Source of the DNA: an uncultured Actinomycetota bacterium
Lineage (GTDB): Bacteria > Actinomycetota > Actinomycetes > BP-191
NCBI GenBank assembly: GCA_963765815.1
Contig: CAVXXT010000008.1
Location: forward strand, 434,666 to 498,665
Direction of reading: 5' to 3'
Length of the DNA stretch: 64,000 nt
Part shown: piece by piece, positions 41,257 to 50,865 of the stretch
Numbering within the stretch: position 1 is the first letter of the stretch
How the letters are laid out: each line of letters starts with the position of its first letter
Program-made: the position numbers and the translations under genes
The notes under the pieces: model-generated
Database searches by the model: none
What the model was told of the DNA's origin: nothing
Seen by the model: the letters and a program-made list of their open reading frames with translations, nothing else

Positions 41257-41384
41257 ATCCGCCGGGTTGTGGAGAACCGCCTGGAGGACGTAGACTCTCC
41301 TTTCGGTCCGCGGGCTGGCTGCTGTCGCGTGCCTTCATCACTTGCGCTGTGTCGAATGTCGATGTTCCACGGATTGCGGAGGCC

Positions 41385-41606
41385 ATGCCCAAGAAGGACG
41401 GGGCGATCGAGATCGAGGGCTCGGTCGTCGAACCACTGCCCAACGCGATGTTCCGCGTCGAGCTCGAGAACGGCCACAAGGTGCTGGCTCACATCAGCGG
41501 CAAGATGCGGATGCACTACATCCGGATCCTGCCGGGCGACCGGGTCGTCGTCGAGCTGAGCCCCTACGACCTGACCCGCGGGCGCATCGTCTACCGCTAC
41601 AAGTAG
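41385..41606 (+). CDS. infA: translation initiation factor IF-1
   Basis: ATG 41385 after [80 protein letters not shown]. Confidence 0.96.
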   Translation: MPKKDGAIEIEGSVVEPLPNAMFRVELENGHKVLAHISGKMRMHYIRILPGDRVVVELSPYDLTRGRIVYRYK

Positions 41607-41618
41607 GAAGAACCACAC

Positions 41619-41732
41619 GTGAAGGTCAAGCCGAGCGTCAAGAAGATCTGCGACAAGTGCAAGGTGATCCGCCGGCACGGTCGCGTCATGGTCATCTGCG
41701 ACAACCTGCGCCACAAGCAGCGCCAGGGGTAG
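41619..41732 (+). CDS. rpmJ: 50S ribosomal protein L36 (zinc-binding form)
   Basis: Too short for the ORF track; read directly from the sequence. GTG 41619, [40 protein letters not shown] 41730-41732. Confidence 0.93.
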   Translation: MKVKPSVKKICDKCKVIRRHGRVMVICDNLRHKQRQG

Positions 41733-41886
41733 TTCCGATCCCCGAATCGCTTCGCGATTCGCGGCTCGGCGAAAGGCAAGGGCCCCCCACCGCCGTACGG
41801 CGGGCACCTCCGGTGCGAAGGCCGGAGCCCACGACGTGGGACGGGGTGGCTGGAGACCTTCGGGTAGTTGAAGGGCACCACCTCAC

Positions 41887-42267
41887 ATGGCACGACTGGC
41901 AGGCGTCGACCTCCCGCGCGAGAAGCGGGTCGAGATCGGCCTCACCTACATCTTCGGCATCGGGCGCACGCGTGCGCAGCAGTCCTTGCAGGAGACGGGC
42001 ATCAACCCGGACACCCGGGTGAAGGACCTCACCGACGAGGACGTCATCAAGCTGCGCGACTGGATCGACGCCAAGTACAAGATCGAGGGCGACCTCCGCC
42101 GCGAGGTCGCGCAGGACATCAAGCGCAAGGTCGAGATCGGCTGCTACCAGGGCATCCGGCACCGCCGTGGTCTCCCTGTCCACGGGCAGCGGACGCACAC
42201 CAACGCCCGCACCCGCAAGGGACCGAAGAAGACCGTCGCCGGCAAGAAGAAGGCCGGCAAGAAGTAA
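41887..42267 (+). CDS. rpsM: 30S ribosomal protein S13
   Basis: 126 aa. [54 protein letters not shown]. Confidence 0.96.
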   Translation: MARLAGVDLPREKRVEIGLTYIFGIGRTRAQQSLQETGINPDTRVKDLTDEDVIKLRDWIDAKYKIEGDLRREVAQDIKRKVEIGCYQGIRHRRGLPVHGQRTHTNARTRKGPKKTVAGKKKAGKK

Positions 42268-42315
42268 GACGGCTCTTCGCCATCCCACCCCAACTTTCCT
42301 CAGGAGACCCCGAGC

Positions 42316-42728
42316 ATGCCCCCGAAGACCAGGACCGCCTCCGGCGGCGCGAAGAAGGTCCGCCGCAAGGAGAAGAAGAACATCGCCCACGGCCACGCGC
42401 ACATCAAGAGCACCTTCAACAACACGATCGTCAGCATCACCGACCCGATGGGCAACGTCATCGCGTGGGCAGTCCGCCGGCCACGTCGGCTTCAAGGGGT
42501 CGCGCAAGTCGACGCCGTTCGCCGCGCAGATGGCCGCGGAGAGCGCCGCTCGCAAGGCGCAGGAGCACGGCGTCCGCAAGGTCGACGTCTTCGTCAAGGG
42601 TCCCGGCTCCGGCCGTGAGACCGCGATCCGCTCGCTGCAGGCCGACCGGCCTGGAGGTCGGGCGAGATCAGGACGTCACCCCCATGCCGCACAACGGCTG
42701 CCGCCCGCCCAAGCGCCGACGGGTCTGA
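42316..42728 (+). pseudogene. rpsK: 30S ribosomal protein S11, at least two +1 frameshifts (as sequenced)
   Basis: Three frames must be spliced: [33 protein letters not shown] (ORF 42316..), [57 protein letters not shown] (ORF 42167.. frame), [24 protein letters not shown] (ORF 41868.. frame). Shifts near 42470 and 42644. Length 413 = 3n+2. Confidence 0.88.
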
Positions 42729-42747
42729 GAGAAGGAGACTTATAGAG

Positions 42748-43377
42748 ATGGCTCGATACACCGGTCCCGACTGCAAGCGCTGTCGCCGCGAGAAGATGAA
42801 GCTGTTCCTCAAGGGCAGCGAAGTGCGAGTCGCCCAAGTGCCCGATCGAGATCCGGCCGTACCCGCCGGGCGAGCACGGTCGTGGGCGCACCAAGGAGAG
42901 CGAGTACCTGCTCCAGAAGCGCGAGAAGCAGAAGTGCGCGCGCATCTACGGCATCCTCGAGAAGCAGTTCCGCGGCTACTACGAGGAGGCCAACGCCAAG
43001 CAGGGCAAGACCGGCGAGAACCTGCTGCGCATCCTCGAGTCGCGCCTCGACAACGTCGTCTACCGCGCCGGCTTCGCCAAGTCGCGTGACATGGCGCGTC
43101 AGGTGATCCGCCACGGCCACATCCTGGTCAACGGCAAGAAGGTCGACATCCCGCGTACCGGGTGAGCGCGAACGACATCGTCGAGGTCCGCGAGAAGTCG
43201 CGCGGGACTGACGCCGTTCGTCGTCGCGAAGGCCGAGGCTCGGCAGCCGTCCGGTGCCCGCGTGGCTCGAGGTCATCAGCCTCGCAGATGCGCGTCCTGG
43301 TGCACGACCTGCCGGCGCGACAGGTGATCGACACCCCCGTGCAGGAGCAGCTGATCGTCGAGCTGTACTCGAAGTAG
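42748..43377 (+). pseudogene. rpsD: 30S ribosomal protein S4 (Cys4 type), about five frameshifts (as sequenced)
   Basis: [24 protein letters not shown], then by hand in other frames [141 protein letters not shown]. Shifts near 42820, 43153, 43204, 43241, 43280. Confidence 0.88.
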
Positions 43378-43520
43378 ACCCGCGTCGGGATTTCTCGCTT
43401 CGCTCGAAATCCCGCCGCGGCGAACAACTGAAGACCAGCTTGCCCGGACCGCCTGCAGCGGCTGGGACACCTAGTCAGAGCCTCAAATAGCGGGGGCTCT
43501 CGACCGCAGAAGGAGCAGCC

Positions 43521-44573
43521 TTGCTCATCGCTCAGCGCCCGACCCTCACCGAAGAGCCGGTCAGCGACTACCGCTCGCGGTTCGTCATCGAGCCGCTCGA
43601 GCCGGGATTCGGCTACACCCTCGGCAACTCGCTCCGCCGCACGCTGCTGTCGTCGATCCCGGGTGCGGCGATCACGTCGATCCGCATCGACGGCGTGCTG
43701 CACGAGTTCTCGACGGTGGCCGGGGTGAAGGAGGACGTCACCGACCTCATCCTGAACCTCAAGGAGCCTCGTCGTGAGCTCAGCGAGAGCGACGAGCCGG
43801 TCGTGATGTACCTGCGCAAGACAGGGCCCCGGGGACGTCACCGGCGCCGACATCGCGCGCGCCGGCCGGCGTCGAGGTGCACAACCCCGAGACCTGCACC
43901 TCGCCACGATCAACAAGAAGGGCAAGCTCGAGATCGAGATGACCGTCGAGCGCGGCCGTGGCTACGTCTCCGCCGTCCAGAACAAGCAGGCCGGCCAGGA
44001 GATCGGCCGCATCCCGGTCGACTCGATCTACTCGCCGGTGCTGAAGGTGACCTACAAGGTCGAGGCCACCCGCGTCGAGCAGATGACCAACTGGGACAAG
44101 CTCATCGTCGACGTCGAGACCAAGCAGTCGATCTTCCCGCGCGACGCCATGGCGTCGGCCGGCAAGACGCTGGTCGGCCTGTTCGGCCTGGCGCAGGACC
44201 TCAACGCCGAGGCCGAGGGCATCGACATCGGCCCGTCGCCGGCCGAGGGCGCGCTCGCCGCGGACCTCGCGCTGCCGATCGAGGAGATGGACCTGACCGT
44301 CCGCTCGTACAACTGCCTCAAGCGCGAGGGCATCCACAGCGTGGGCGAGCTCATCACGCGCAGCGAGGCCGACCTGCTCGACATCCGCAACTTCGGCGCG
44401 AAGTCGATCGACGAGGTCAAGGCCAAGCTGCACAGCATGGGCCTGGCACTCAAGGACTCGCCCGCCCGGGTTCGACCCGAGCAACGTCGTCGACACCTAC
44501 GGCGCCGACGAGTTCGACAGCTCGACGACGCGAGTCGCCAGCCAGGCTCGACCGGCACGAGCAGCACACTTAG
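43521..44573 (+). pseudogene. rpoA: DNA-directed RNA polymerase subunit alpha, about seven frameshifts (as sequenced); 3' end uncertain
   Basis: TTG 43521. [63 protein letters not shown]. The rest is in the ORF 43939.. frame ([79 protein letters not shown]). Shifts near 43767/43784, 43821, 43858/43893, 44467 and one more before the stop. Confidence 0.85.
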
Positions 44574-44583
44574 GAGACGCACG

Positions 44584-45348
44584 ATGCCCACCCCCACCAA
44601 GGGGCCCCGTCTCGGTGGCAGCCCGCAGCACCAGCGGCTGATCCTGGCCAACCTGGCCACGGCGCTGTTCGAGCACGGGCGGATCACGACGACGCTGGCC
44701 AGGGCCAAGGCGCTGCGGCCGCTCGCGGAGAAGCTGATCACCTTCGCCAAGCGCGGCGACATCCACGCGCGCCGCCAGGTGCTGACCGTCGTCCGCGACA
44801 AGTCGGTCGTGCACACGCTCTTCGCCGAGATCGGCCCGCGCTACGCGCGAGCGGGCCGGTGGCTACACGCGCATCACGAAGCTCGGCCCGCGCAAGGGCG
44901 ACAACGCGCCCATGGCGGTCATCGAGCTGGTCGAGGGCCAGACCGTCGCGCAGACGGCCGTCGGCGAGGCCGAGCGCGCGCGCGGCACCCGCTTCGCGCG
45001 GCGCCGCGGCAAGGGCGAGACGGCCAGGCGCCGGTACGGCGGCGGCTCTGACCGTCGACGAGACCGTCGTCGACACAGACGCCGAGACCGTGGACCTGGT
45101 CGAGGGCGAGCCGATCGCCACCGACGAGGTCGTGGAGGCAGCGGACTCCGGATGCCGGTGACGACGTCCAGGAGGCGGCTGCCGAGGCACTCGACGTCAC
45201 GGCCGAGGCATCCGAGGCGGTCGAGTCGGCGGAGCCGGCGACCTCCGCCGACGACGGGGACACAGCGTCCGGCGCTGGTCACCAGGCCGAGGCCGCGACC
45301 GAGACCTCGCAGGCCGACGGGACGAGGCCGAGCCAGCCGGCCGAGTGA
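44584..45348 (+). pseudogene. rplQ: 50S ribosomal protein L17 with long acidic tail, three +1 frameshifts (as sequenced)
   Basis: ATG 44584. [59 protein letters not shown], then [25 protein letters not shown] (ORF 44912.. frame), [34 protein letters not shown] (ORF 44859.. frame), then [20 protein letters not shown] stopping at TGA 45346-45348. Shifts near 44848, 45026, 45150. Confidence 0.8.
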
Positions 45349-46147
45349 CACTCGGCTGCGGCTGGACGTCGCGTACGACGGCGGGCCGTACTCCGGCTGG
45401 GCCGCCCAACCGAACAGGACCACCGTGCAGGGCGCCCTGGCCGGCGCCCTGTCGCGCGTCCTGGGCGAGGACGTGCGGATCACTGTCGCGTGGCCGGACC
45501 GACGCGGGGTGCACGCCACCGGGCAGGTCTGCCACTCGACGTGCGCGAGGTCCGGATCTCAGCGGCGGTTCTGCTGCGCCGGATCAACGGCGTGCTGGAC
45601 ACCTCCGTGCGCGTGCTGGCGGTCACGGCGGTGCCCGACGCGCTTCGACGCGCGCTTCTCGGCGCTCTCCCGGCGCTACCAGTACCGGGTGAGCGACGCG
45701 CCGTACGGCGTGCTGCCGCTACGTCGGCACGACACGCTCGCGCACCCACGGCCGCTCTCGCTGACGCGCCTGCGCGCCGGCGTCGGAGCCGCTGGTCGGG
45801 CCTGCACGACTTCGCCGCGTTCTGCCGCCAGCGCGAGGGCGCCACGACGACCCGCATGCTGCGCCGGCTCAGCTGGGTGCGCGAGCCCGACGGCGTGCTC
45901 GTCGCGACCGTCGAGGCCGACGCGTTCTGCCACCAGATGGTGCGCTCGATCGTCGGCGCCCTGCTGCTCGTCGGCGACGGCCGGCGCGACCCGGAGTGGG
46001 CGGCTGGCGGCGCTGCGCTCGGCCGGACCGTCGTCGGCCGGGCCGGTTGCACCGGCGCACGGCCTGACGCTGGTCGAGGTGCGCTACCCCGCCCCGTCGA
46101 GACTCGCCGCCCGGACGAGAGCTACCCGGCAGCGGCGGGAGGGCTGA
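45345..46147 (+). pseudogene. truA: tRNA pseudouridine(38-40) synthase TruA, at least eight frameshifts (as sequenced)
   Basis: Fragments alternate between track ORFs 44912.., 45345.. and 45490..: [141 protein letters not shown]. Start (GTG 45345) is tentative. Confidence 0.8.
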
Positions 46148-46160
46148 CCCGGCTCTGCGG

Positions 46161-47723
46161 TCAGGACGAGCGAGAGCTCCGGTGCGTCCGGCGCAGCGCG
46201 ACGGCCCCGGCCAACGCCACCGCGGCAGCTCCGAGCAAGGTGACGTCCGCGCCGGTCGACGGCAGCGGTCCGGTCGGCCGAGGCAGGGGTGCTGGGCGCG
46301 TGGGTGCCGGCTGCGGTCGCGGTGCTGGGGCAGGCGACCCACCGCCCCGCCCGTTGACCGGGTTGGGCGTCAGGTCCGGCGGCAGCGCGACTTCGACGAT
46401 GTCGAGACCGCGCACCAGGTCGGCGGTGTAGACGAGGTTGGTGCGCTTGCCGGTCGCCCGGCCGTCGGCGCCGTACTCGGGCACGAAGTAGGCGTCCCAC
46501 ACCTCGCTGGCGCCGGTCGTGAAGTAGCCGTACTGCACCAGCTCACGGGGCTGACGCACGTCGATGAGTCGCATGCCCTGCTGGTAGTAGCCCTGGGCGA
46601 TGATCCCGCTCTGGTGGTAGTCGAACCAGTGGGCTGAGCAGAAGCCGCCGACGGGCGAGTCGATGCCGGAGCCGACCTCGACCGGGTTGATCCGGCCGAG
46701 CGGTGAGATCGTGCCGCGGCCCGGGTCGAGCGTCGGGTTGGCCTTGCGGTACGCCGCCGCGTCGAGCGTCGGCACGTACCAGGTCTCGAACGAGCCGGCC
46801 AGGTCGCACTCGATCTCGTCGCCGTCGTTGGCGTAGTCCTCCTCGGTGATGAGCAGGACGTTGCCGTTGCGCACGTCCGGCTCCGCGTTGGGCCGGAAGT
46901 ACGACGAGTTCGGCTGGTTGGAGTTGTGCAGGATGAAGTTGTTCCAGGGCTCGGCGTCGCTGAAGTCGGTGACGCCGAGCGGGTCGGTGCTCGCCATGGG
47001 CACCGGGTTGGCCGGGTTGCGCACGTCGAACGCGGTCGCGCCGCCGCCGCCGGTATGCCAGCCGATGCCGGTCCCCTCGAAGCGCCAGTGGTGGCCGGCG
47101 TCGAACGGACCCTTCGCCGACGGGACCTCGACCTTCTCCTTGAGCACGACCGGCAGGTCGAGGCTGCGGAAGTCGAGGACGGTGAAGAAGCCCGCCGTGC
47201 CTGCGGTGTAGGCGTAGTTGCAGTCGGCGTCGGCGCAGGCGACGGTGTGCGTCGACGTCGGCGCGGTCACCGCGGAGCGGATCCGCGGCAGCATCGGATT
47301 GGTCACGTCGACGATGTAGACCTCGCCGCCGCCGAAGTTCGGGGGCCGGTCCGCCGGCTGTGTCGGCGTCGCGTTGAACAGGTCGGCGCCGACCAGGACG
47401 AACCGGTTGACGACGCCGTCGATCGTCCGCTCGCCGTAGGAGATCGCCTCGTTCTCGAACACCAGGTTGGGCAGCGTGCCGGTCAGCAGCGGCAGCCGGG
47501 GGTTGCTGATGTCGTAGACGTTGATGCTGTCGATGCTCGACGTGTAGTAGTACGGCGCGGACCGGGAGAAGACGCCGGAGATGGACAGCGTGTCCGGGAA
47601 GTTCGCGACGAAGGTCACGTTCTCGCTCATGACCAGCGGGACGGACTGGGCGGTGGCCGGCATGCCGGCGCCGAGCAGGGCGACCGAGGCGAGAGCCCCG
47701 GCCGCGCAGATGACACGTCGCAT
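46161..47723 (-). CDS. LVIVD-repeat beta-propeller surface protein with LPXTG sortase anchor
   Basis: Start set at ATG 47723 (signal peptide [27 protein letters not shown]) within track ORF 46161..47936. Repeated xVxDVxNP motifs ([50 protein letters not shown]). Pro-rich linker, then LPSTG plus hydrophobic stretch plus RRTHR. Confidence 0.8.
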   Translation of the reverse strand: MRRVICAAGALASVALLGAGMPATAQSVPLVMSENVTFVANFPDTLSISGVFSRSAPYYYTSSIDSINVYDISNPRLPLLTGTLPNLVFENEAISYGERTIDGVVNRFVLVGADLFNATPTQPADRPPNFGGGEVYIVDVTNPMLPRIRSAVTAPTSTHTVACADADCNYAYTAGTAGFFTVLDFRSLDLPVVLKEKVEVPSAKGPFDAGHHWRFEGTGIGWHTGGGGATAFDVRNPANPVPMASTDPLGVTDFSDAEPWNNFILHNSNQPNSSYFRPNAEPDVRNGNVLLITEEDYANDGDEIECDLAGSFETWYVPTLDAAAYRKANPTLDPGRGTISPLGRINPVEVGSGIDSPVGGFCSAHWFDYHQSGIIAQGYYQQGMRLIDVRQPRELVQYGYFTTGASEVWDAYFVPEYGADGRATGKRTNLVYTADLVRGLDIVEVALPPDLTPNPVNGRGGGSPAPAPRPQPAPTRPAPLPRPTGPLPSTGADVTLLGAAAVALAGAVALRRTHRSSRSS

Positions 47724-47809
47724 GAGGGCACTCTCGATGGGGGGCGTGAGGGATTGCTGCCCATCGTGGCAGGCCCCACCCCTGGGAGCACTGCGCCATC
47801 CGGCCCATT

Positions 47810-47839
47810 TTGACCCTGCGGTCACCGGGTCGGTATGCT
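47810..47839 (+). promoter_or_regulatory. candidate sigma-A-type promoter for rplM-rpsI
   Basis: TTGACC - 18 nt - TATGCT, about 95 nt upstream of the rplM GTG. Sequence match only. Confidence 0.35.
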
Positions 47840-47937
47840 GCTGGGCTGTTGCGCGCAGTGGTTTTGCCCTGCGCTCACCTCCCGCGGCGCCTACCGGCGC
47901 GCGGGGCGCCGATTGACACGACAGACAGGGCAGCACC

Positions 47938-48381
47938 GTGCGTACGTACTCACCGAAGGCCGCCGACGTGCAGCGTCAGTGGTACGTCATCGACGCCTCG
48001 GACATCGTGCTCGGCCGGCTGGCCAGCCAGACGGCCAAGCTGCTCCGAGGCAAGCACAAGCCGATCTACGCGCCGCACGTCGACACCGGTGACTTCGTCA
48101 TCATCGTCAACGCCGCGAAGGTCGTGCTGACCGGCAACAAGGCCGCGCAGAAGAACTACTACCGCCACTCCGGCTTCCCGGGCGGCATGCGCTCCACCAG
48201 CTACACCGAGCTGCTCGCCACCCGGCCCAAGTTCGCGGTCGAGAAGGCGATCAAGGGGATGCTCCCGCACAACACGCTGGGCCGGCAGATGCTGTCCAAG
48301 CTCAAGGTGTACGACGGCCCCGAGCACCCGCACGCCGCTCAGCAGCCGGTCCCCTACGAGCTGACCCAGGTCGCCCAGTAA
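47938..48381 (+). CDS. rplM: 50S ribosomal protein L13
   Basis: 147 aa. [33 protein letters not shown]. Confidence 0.96.
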   Translation: MRTYSPKAADVQRQWYVIDASDIVLGRLASQTAKLLRGKHKPIYAPHVDTGDFVIIVNAAKVVLTGNKAAQKNYYRHSGFPGGMRSTSYTELLATRPKFAVEKAIKGMLPHNTLGRQMLSKLKVYDGPEHPHAAQQPVPYELTQVAQ

Positions 48382-48439
48382 CCAGGGCGCAGCAACCCAC
48401 CCGCCACGTCGTCGTACGCGTCATCAAGGAAGGCACCAC

Positions 48440-48838
48440 ATGCCCGAGCCCGCAGGTCTGGTCCGCGCCACCGGCCGTCGCAAGGAGGCCGTTGTCCGCG
48501 TCCGCCTGGTGCCCGGCACCGGCACGTGGAAGCTGAACAACCGCACCCTCGAGGACTACTTCCCGAACAAGGTCCACCAGCAGCTCGTCGCCGACCCGTT
48601 CAAGACCCTCGAGAAGTCCGGCAGCTACGACGTCATCGCGACGCTGCACGGCGGCGGCACGTCCGGCCAGGCCGGCGCGCTGCGCCTCGGCATCGCCCGC
48701 GCGCTGATCGTGATCGAGGCCGACGACCGCCCCGCGCTGAAGAAGGCCGGCTTCCTGACCCGCGACGCGCGGGTCAAGGAGCGCAAGAAGTACGGCCTGA
48801 AGAAGGCGCGCAAGGCTCCTCAGTACTCGAAGCGCTAA
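48440..48838 (+). CDS. rpsI: 30S ribosomal protein S9
   Basis: 132 aa. [50 protein letters not shown], ends KAPQYSKR. Confidence 0.95.
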   Translation: MPEPAGLVRATGRRKEAVVRVRLVPGTGTWKLNNRTLEDYFPNKVHQQLVADPFKTLEKSGSYDVIATLHGGGTSGQAGALRLGIARALIVIEADDRPALKKAGFLTRDARVKERKKYGLKKARKAPQYSKR

Positions 48839-48844
48839 CCGACG

Positions 48845-50191
48845 ATGCCGAGCCGGCCTCCCGGTCGGCTGTTCGGCACCGACGGGGTGCGCGGCCTGGC
48901 CAACGCCGACCTCACGCCCGAGCTCGCGCTCGCGCTGGCACAGGCGGCGGTCCGCGTCCTGGCCGGCTCGACGTCGCGGCCGCTCGTGGTGGTCGGGCGC
49001 GATCCGCGCGCCAGCGGTGAGCTGCTCGAGGCGGCGGTGGTCGCCGGTCTCGCGTCGGCGGGCGCCGACGTGCTGCGTCTCGGGGTGCTGCCGACTCCGG
49101 CCGTAGCGGTGCTGACGCCCGAGCTCGGGGCGCAGCTCGGCGTGATGCTCTCGGCGAGCCACAACCCGATGCCCGACAACGGCGTGAAGATCTTCGACGC
49201 CGCCGGCGGCAAGCTGGCCGACGCGGTGGAGGACGAGATCTCCGCCGCGCTCGATCAGCCGTGGGAGCGGCCCACCGGCGCCGCGGTCGGTCGGGTGCGC
49301 GACGTCGACGCCCGGTCCAGGTACGTCGACCGCATCGTCGCCTCGGTGCCCCACCGGCTCGACGGGCTGCGAGTGGTCGTCGACTGCGCCCACGGGGCGG
49401 CGTACGACGTCGCTCCGGCCGCCCTGCGCGCGGCCGGTGCCGACGTGGTCGTCATCAACGCCGAGCCCGACGGGTGGAACATCAACGACGGCGTCGGCTC
49501 CACCCACCTCGGCGGACTGGCGAGGGCGGTGCGCGAGCACCGGGCGGACGCGGGCATCGCTCACGACGGCGACGCCGACCGCTGTCTTGCCGTCGACGCG
49601 GACGGCGCGGAGGTCGACGGCGACCAGATCCTCGCGATCTGCGCTGTCGCGCGCAGCGACCGCGGCACGCTGGCGCACGGCACGGTGGTCACCACGGTCA
49701 TGACCAACCTCGGCTTCCGGATGGCGATGACCGAGCGCGGCATCGCCTGCGTCGAGACCGCGGTCGGCGACCGCTATGTCCTCGAGGCGATGCGCGCCGG
49801 CGGGTTCACGCTGGGCGGAGAGCAGTCCGGCCACGTCGTCTTCGGTGACCTGAGCCCGACCGGCGACGGCCCGCTCACCGCCCTGCACCTGCTGTCCCGG
49901 ATGGCCGAGACCGGCTCGACGCTGCGTGAGCTGGCCGACGTGATGACGCGACTGCCCCAGGTGCTCCTCAACGTCCCGGTCGTGGATCGCACGCGGCTGG
50001 ACGCCGCCGACGACGTCGCGGCCGCCGTGGCCGACGCTGCGGCCGATCTGGGCAGCGAGGGTCGCGTGCTGGTCCGCGCGTCCGGCACAGAGCAGCTGGT
50101 CCGGGTGATGGTCGAGGCGACCACGGCGGACCGCGCCGAGTCGACGGCGGCGAGCATCGCTGACGTGGTGCGGGCCTCGCTCGGGCGGTAG
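48845..50191 (+). CDS. glmM: phosphoglucosamine mutase
   Basis: 448 aa. [10 protein letters not shown], active-site loop [20 protein letters not shown]. Confidence 0.95.
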   Translation: MPSRPPGRLFGTDGVRGLANADLTPELALALAQAAVRVLAGSTSRPLVVVGRDPRASGELLEAAVVAGLASAGADVLRLGVLPTPAVAVLTPELGAQLGVMLSASHNPMPDNGVKIFDAAGGKLADAVEDEISAALDQPWERPTGAAVGRVRDVDARSRYVDRIVASVPHRLDGLRVVVDCAHGAAYDVAPAALRAAGADVVVINAEPDGWNINDGVGSTHLGGLARAVREHRADAGIAHDGDADRCLAVDADGAEVDGDQILAICAVARSDRGTLAHGTVVTTVMTNLGFRMAMTERGIACVETAVGDRYVLEAMRAGGFTLGGEQSGHVVFGDLSPTGDGPLTALHLLSRMAETGSTLRELADVMTRLPQVLLNVPVVDRTRLDAADDVAAAVADAAADLGSEGRVLVRASGTEQLVRVMVEATTADRAESTAASIADVVRASLGR

Positions 50192-50195
50192 TTCT

Positions 50196-50648
50196 CTACG
50201 CGGCCGGGTGGCCGAGGAGACCGTCGATCGCGCCGACGAACGACGCGAAGTCGAACGGCTTGGTGAGCACGGCGTGCGCGAACTCACGCGACGGCGACGC
50301 CTCCAGCTCGGCGAGCGGCTTGGCCGACACGACGAGGCGCTGGATGTCGGCGGTGCGCTCGTCAGCGGCCAGCTGGCGGCCGACCTCCCAGCCGTCCATG
50401 TCCGGCATCATCACGTCGAGCGTGATCAGGTCGGGGTGCAGCTCTGCAGCCATCCGCAGCGCGTCGGCGCCGCTCTCTGCCGTGATGACGAGGTAGCCCT
50501 CGCACTCGAGGATGACCGCGATCAGCTCGCGCACGGACTTGTCGTCGTCGACCACGAGCACGGTCCGCTGGTCCGGCACCCGCTGGGCGGGGATCGGCGC
50601 GGTCGCCGCGGTGGGGGCGAACGTCGCTTTCTCGGTCATCTCAGGCAT
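50196..50648 (-). CDS. stand-alone response-regulator receiver protein (CheY-like, no output domain)
   Basis: Track ORF 50196..50684; start ambiguous (ATG at 50684, 50648 or 50639; no clear SD). VLVVDDDKSVRELIAVILECEGY, phospho-acceptor context DLITLDVMMPDMDG, VVSAK, LTKPF. Confidence 0.8.
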   Translation of the reverse strand: MPEMTEKATFAPTAATAPIPAQRVPDQRTVLVVDDDKSVRELIAVILECEGYLVITAESGADALRMAAELHPDLITLDVMMPDMDGWEVGRQLAADERTADIQRLVVSAKPLAELEASPSREFAHAVLTKPFDFASFVGAIDGLLGHPAA

Positions 50649-50711
50649 AGGACGACTGTGGCTCGTCTGCCCGTGCCCGCCCATGGCTAGGAAGGACTAT
50701 TTCCGTGTGGC

Positions 50712-50805
50712 ACCCGGACTAGTCACTGAGCGTGACCGGGCGTGCACGGCGGGTGACCCGGACGAAAAGGACACATCGGCGTTTACTCCAGGGAGATACC
50801 CGGAC
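50712..50805 (+). repeat. three exact ACCCGGAC direct repeats (44 and 42 bp apart) in the divergent intergenic region
   Basis: Copies at 50712-50719, 50756-50763 and 50798-50805. Further GGAC cores at 50650, 50694, 50769, 50823, 50836. Confidence 0.9.
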
Positions 50806-50865
50806 AGAACGACGGGGAGAGCGGACAAACCGGTAGGACAGCCCGTCACGACATTGGAGAGCAGC

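Noticed and set aside
39859-41290. Target-site duplication flanking the IS, and a 9-10 nt inverted match (ctccaggcc at 39859 versus cgcctggag at 41278) as extended IS ends.
   Set aside because: No direct repeat abuts the TGACTCAC termini. The outer inverted match is short, GC-rich, asymmetrically placed (31 versus 22 nt from the ends), and compatible with chance.
41733-41886. Structured 154-nt spacer between rpmJ and rpsM (small hairpins gaatcgc-ttc-gcgattc, ccgcc-gtac-ggcgg, ctccgg-N8-ccggag) as a possible small RNA or leader element.
   Set aside because: The stems are only 5-7 bp in GC-rich sequence. I cannot distinguish a regulatory leader from chance without covariation or expression data.
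42460-46150. Programmed ribosomal frameshifting or transcriptional slippage as the explanation for the frameshifts in ribosomal and RNA polymerase genes.
   Set aside because: There are no slippery heptamers or homopolymer runs at most sites. Both +1 and -1 changes occur, some as compensating pairs 17-35 nt apart, and no precedent exists for these genes.
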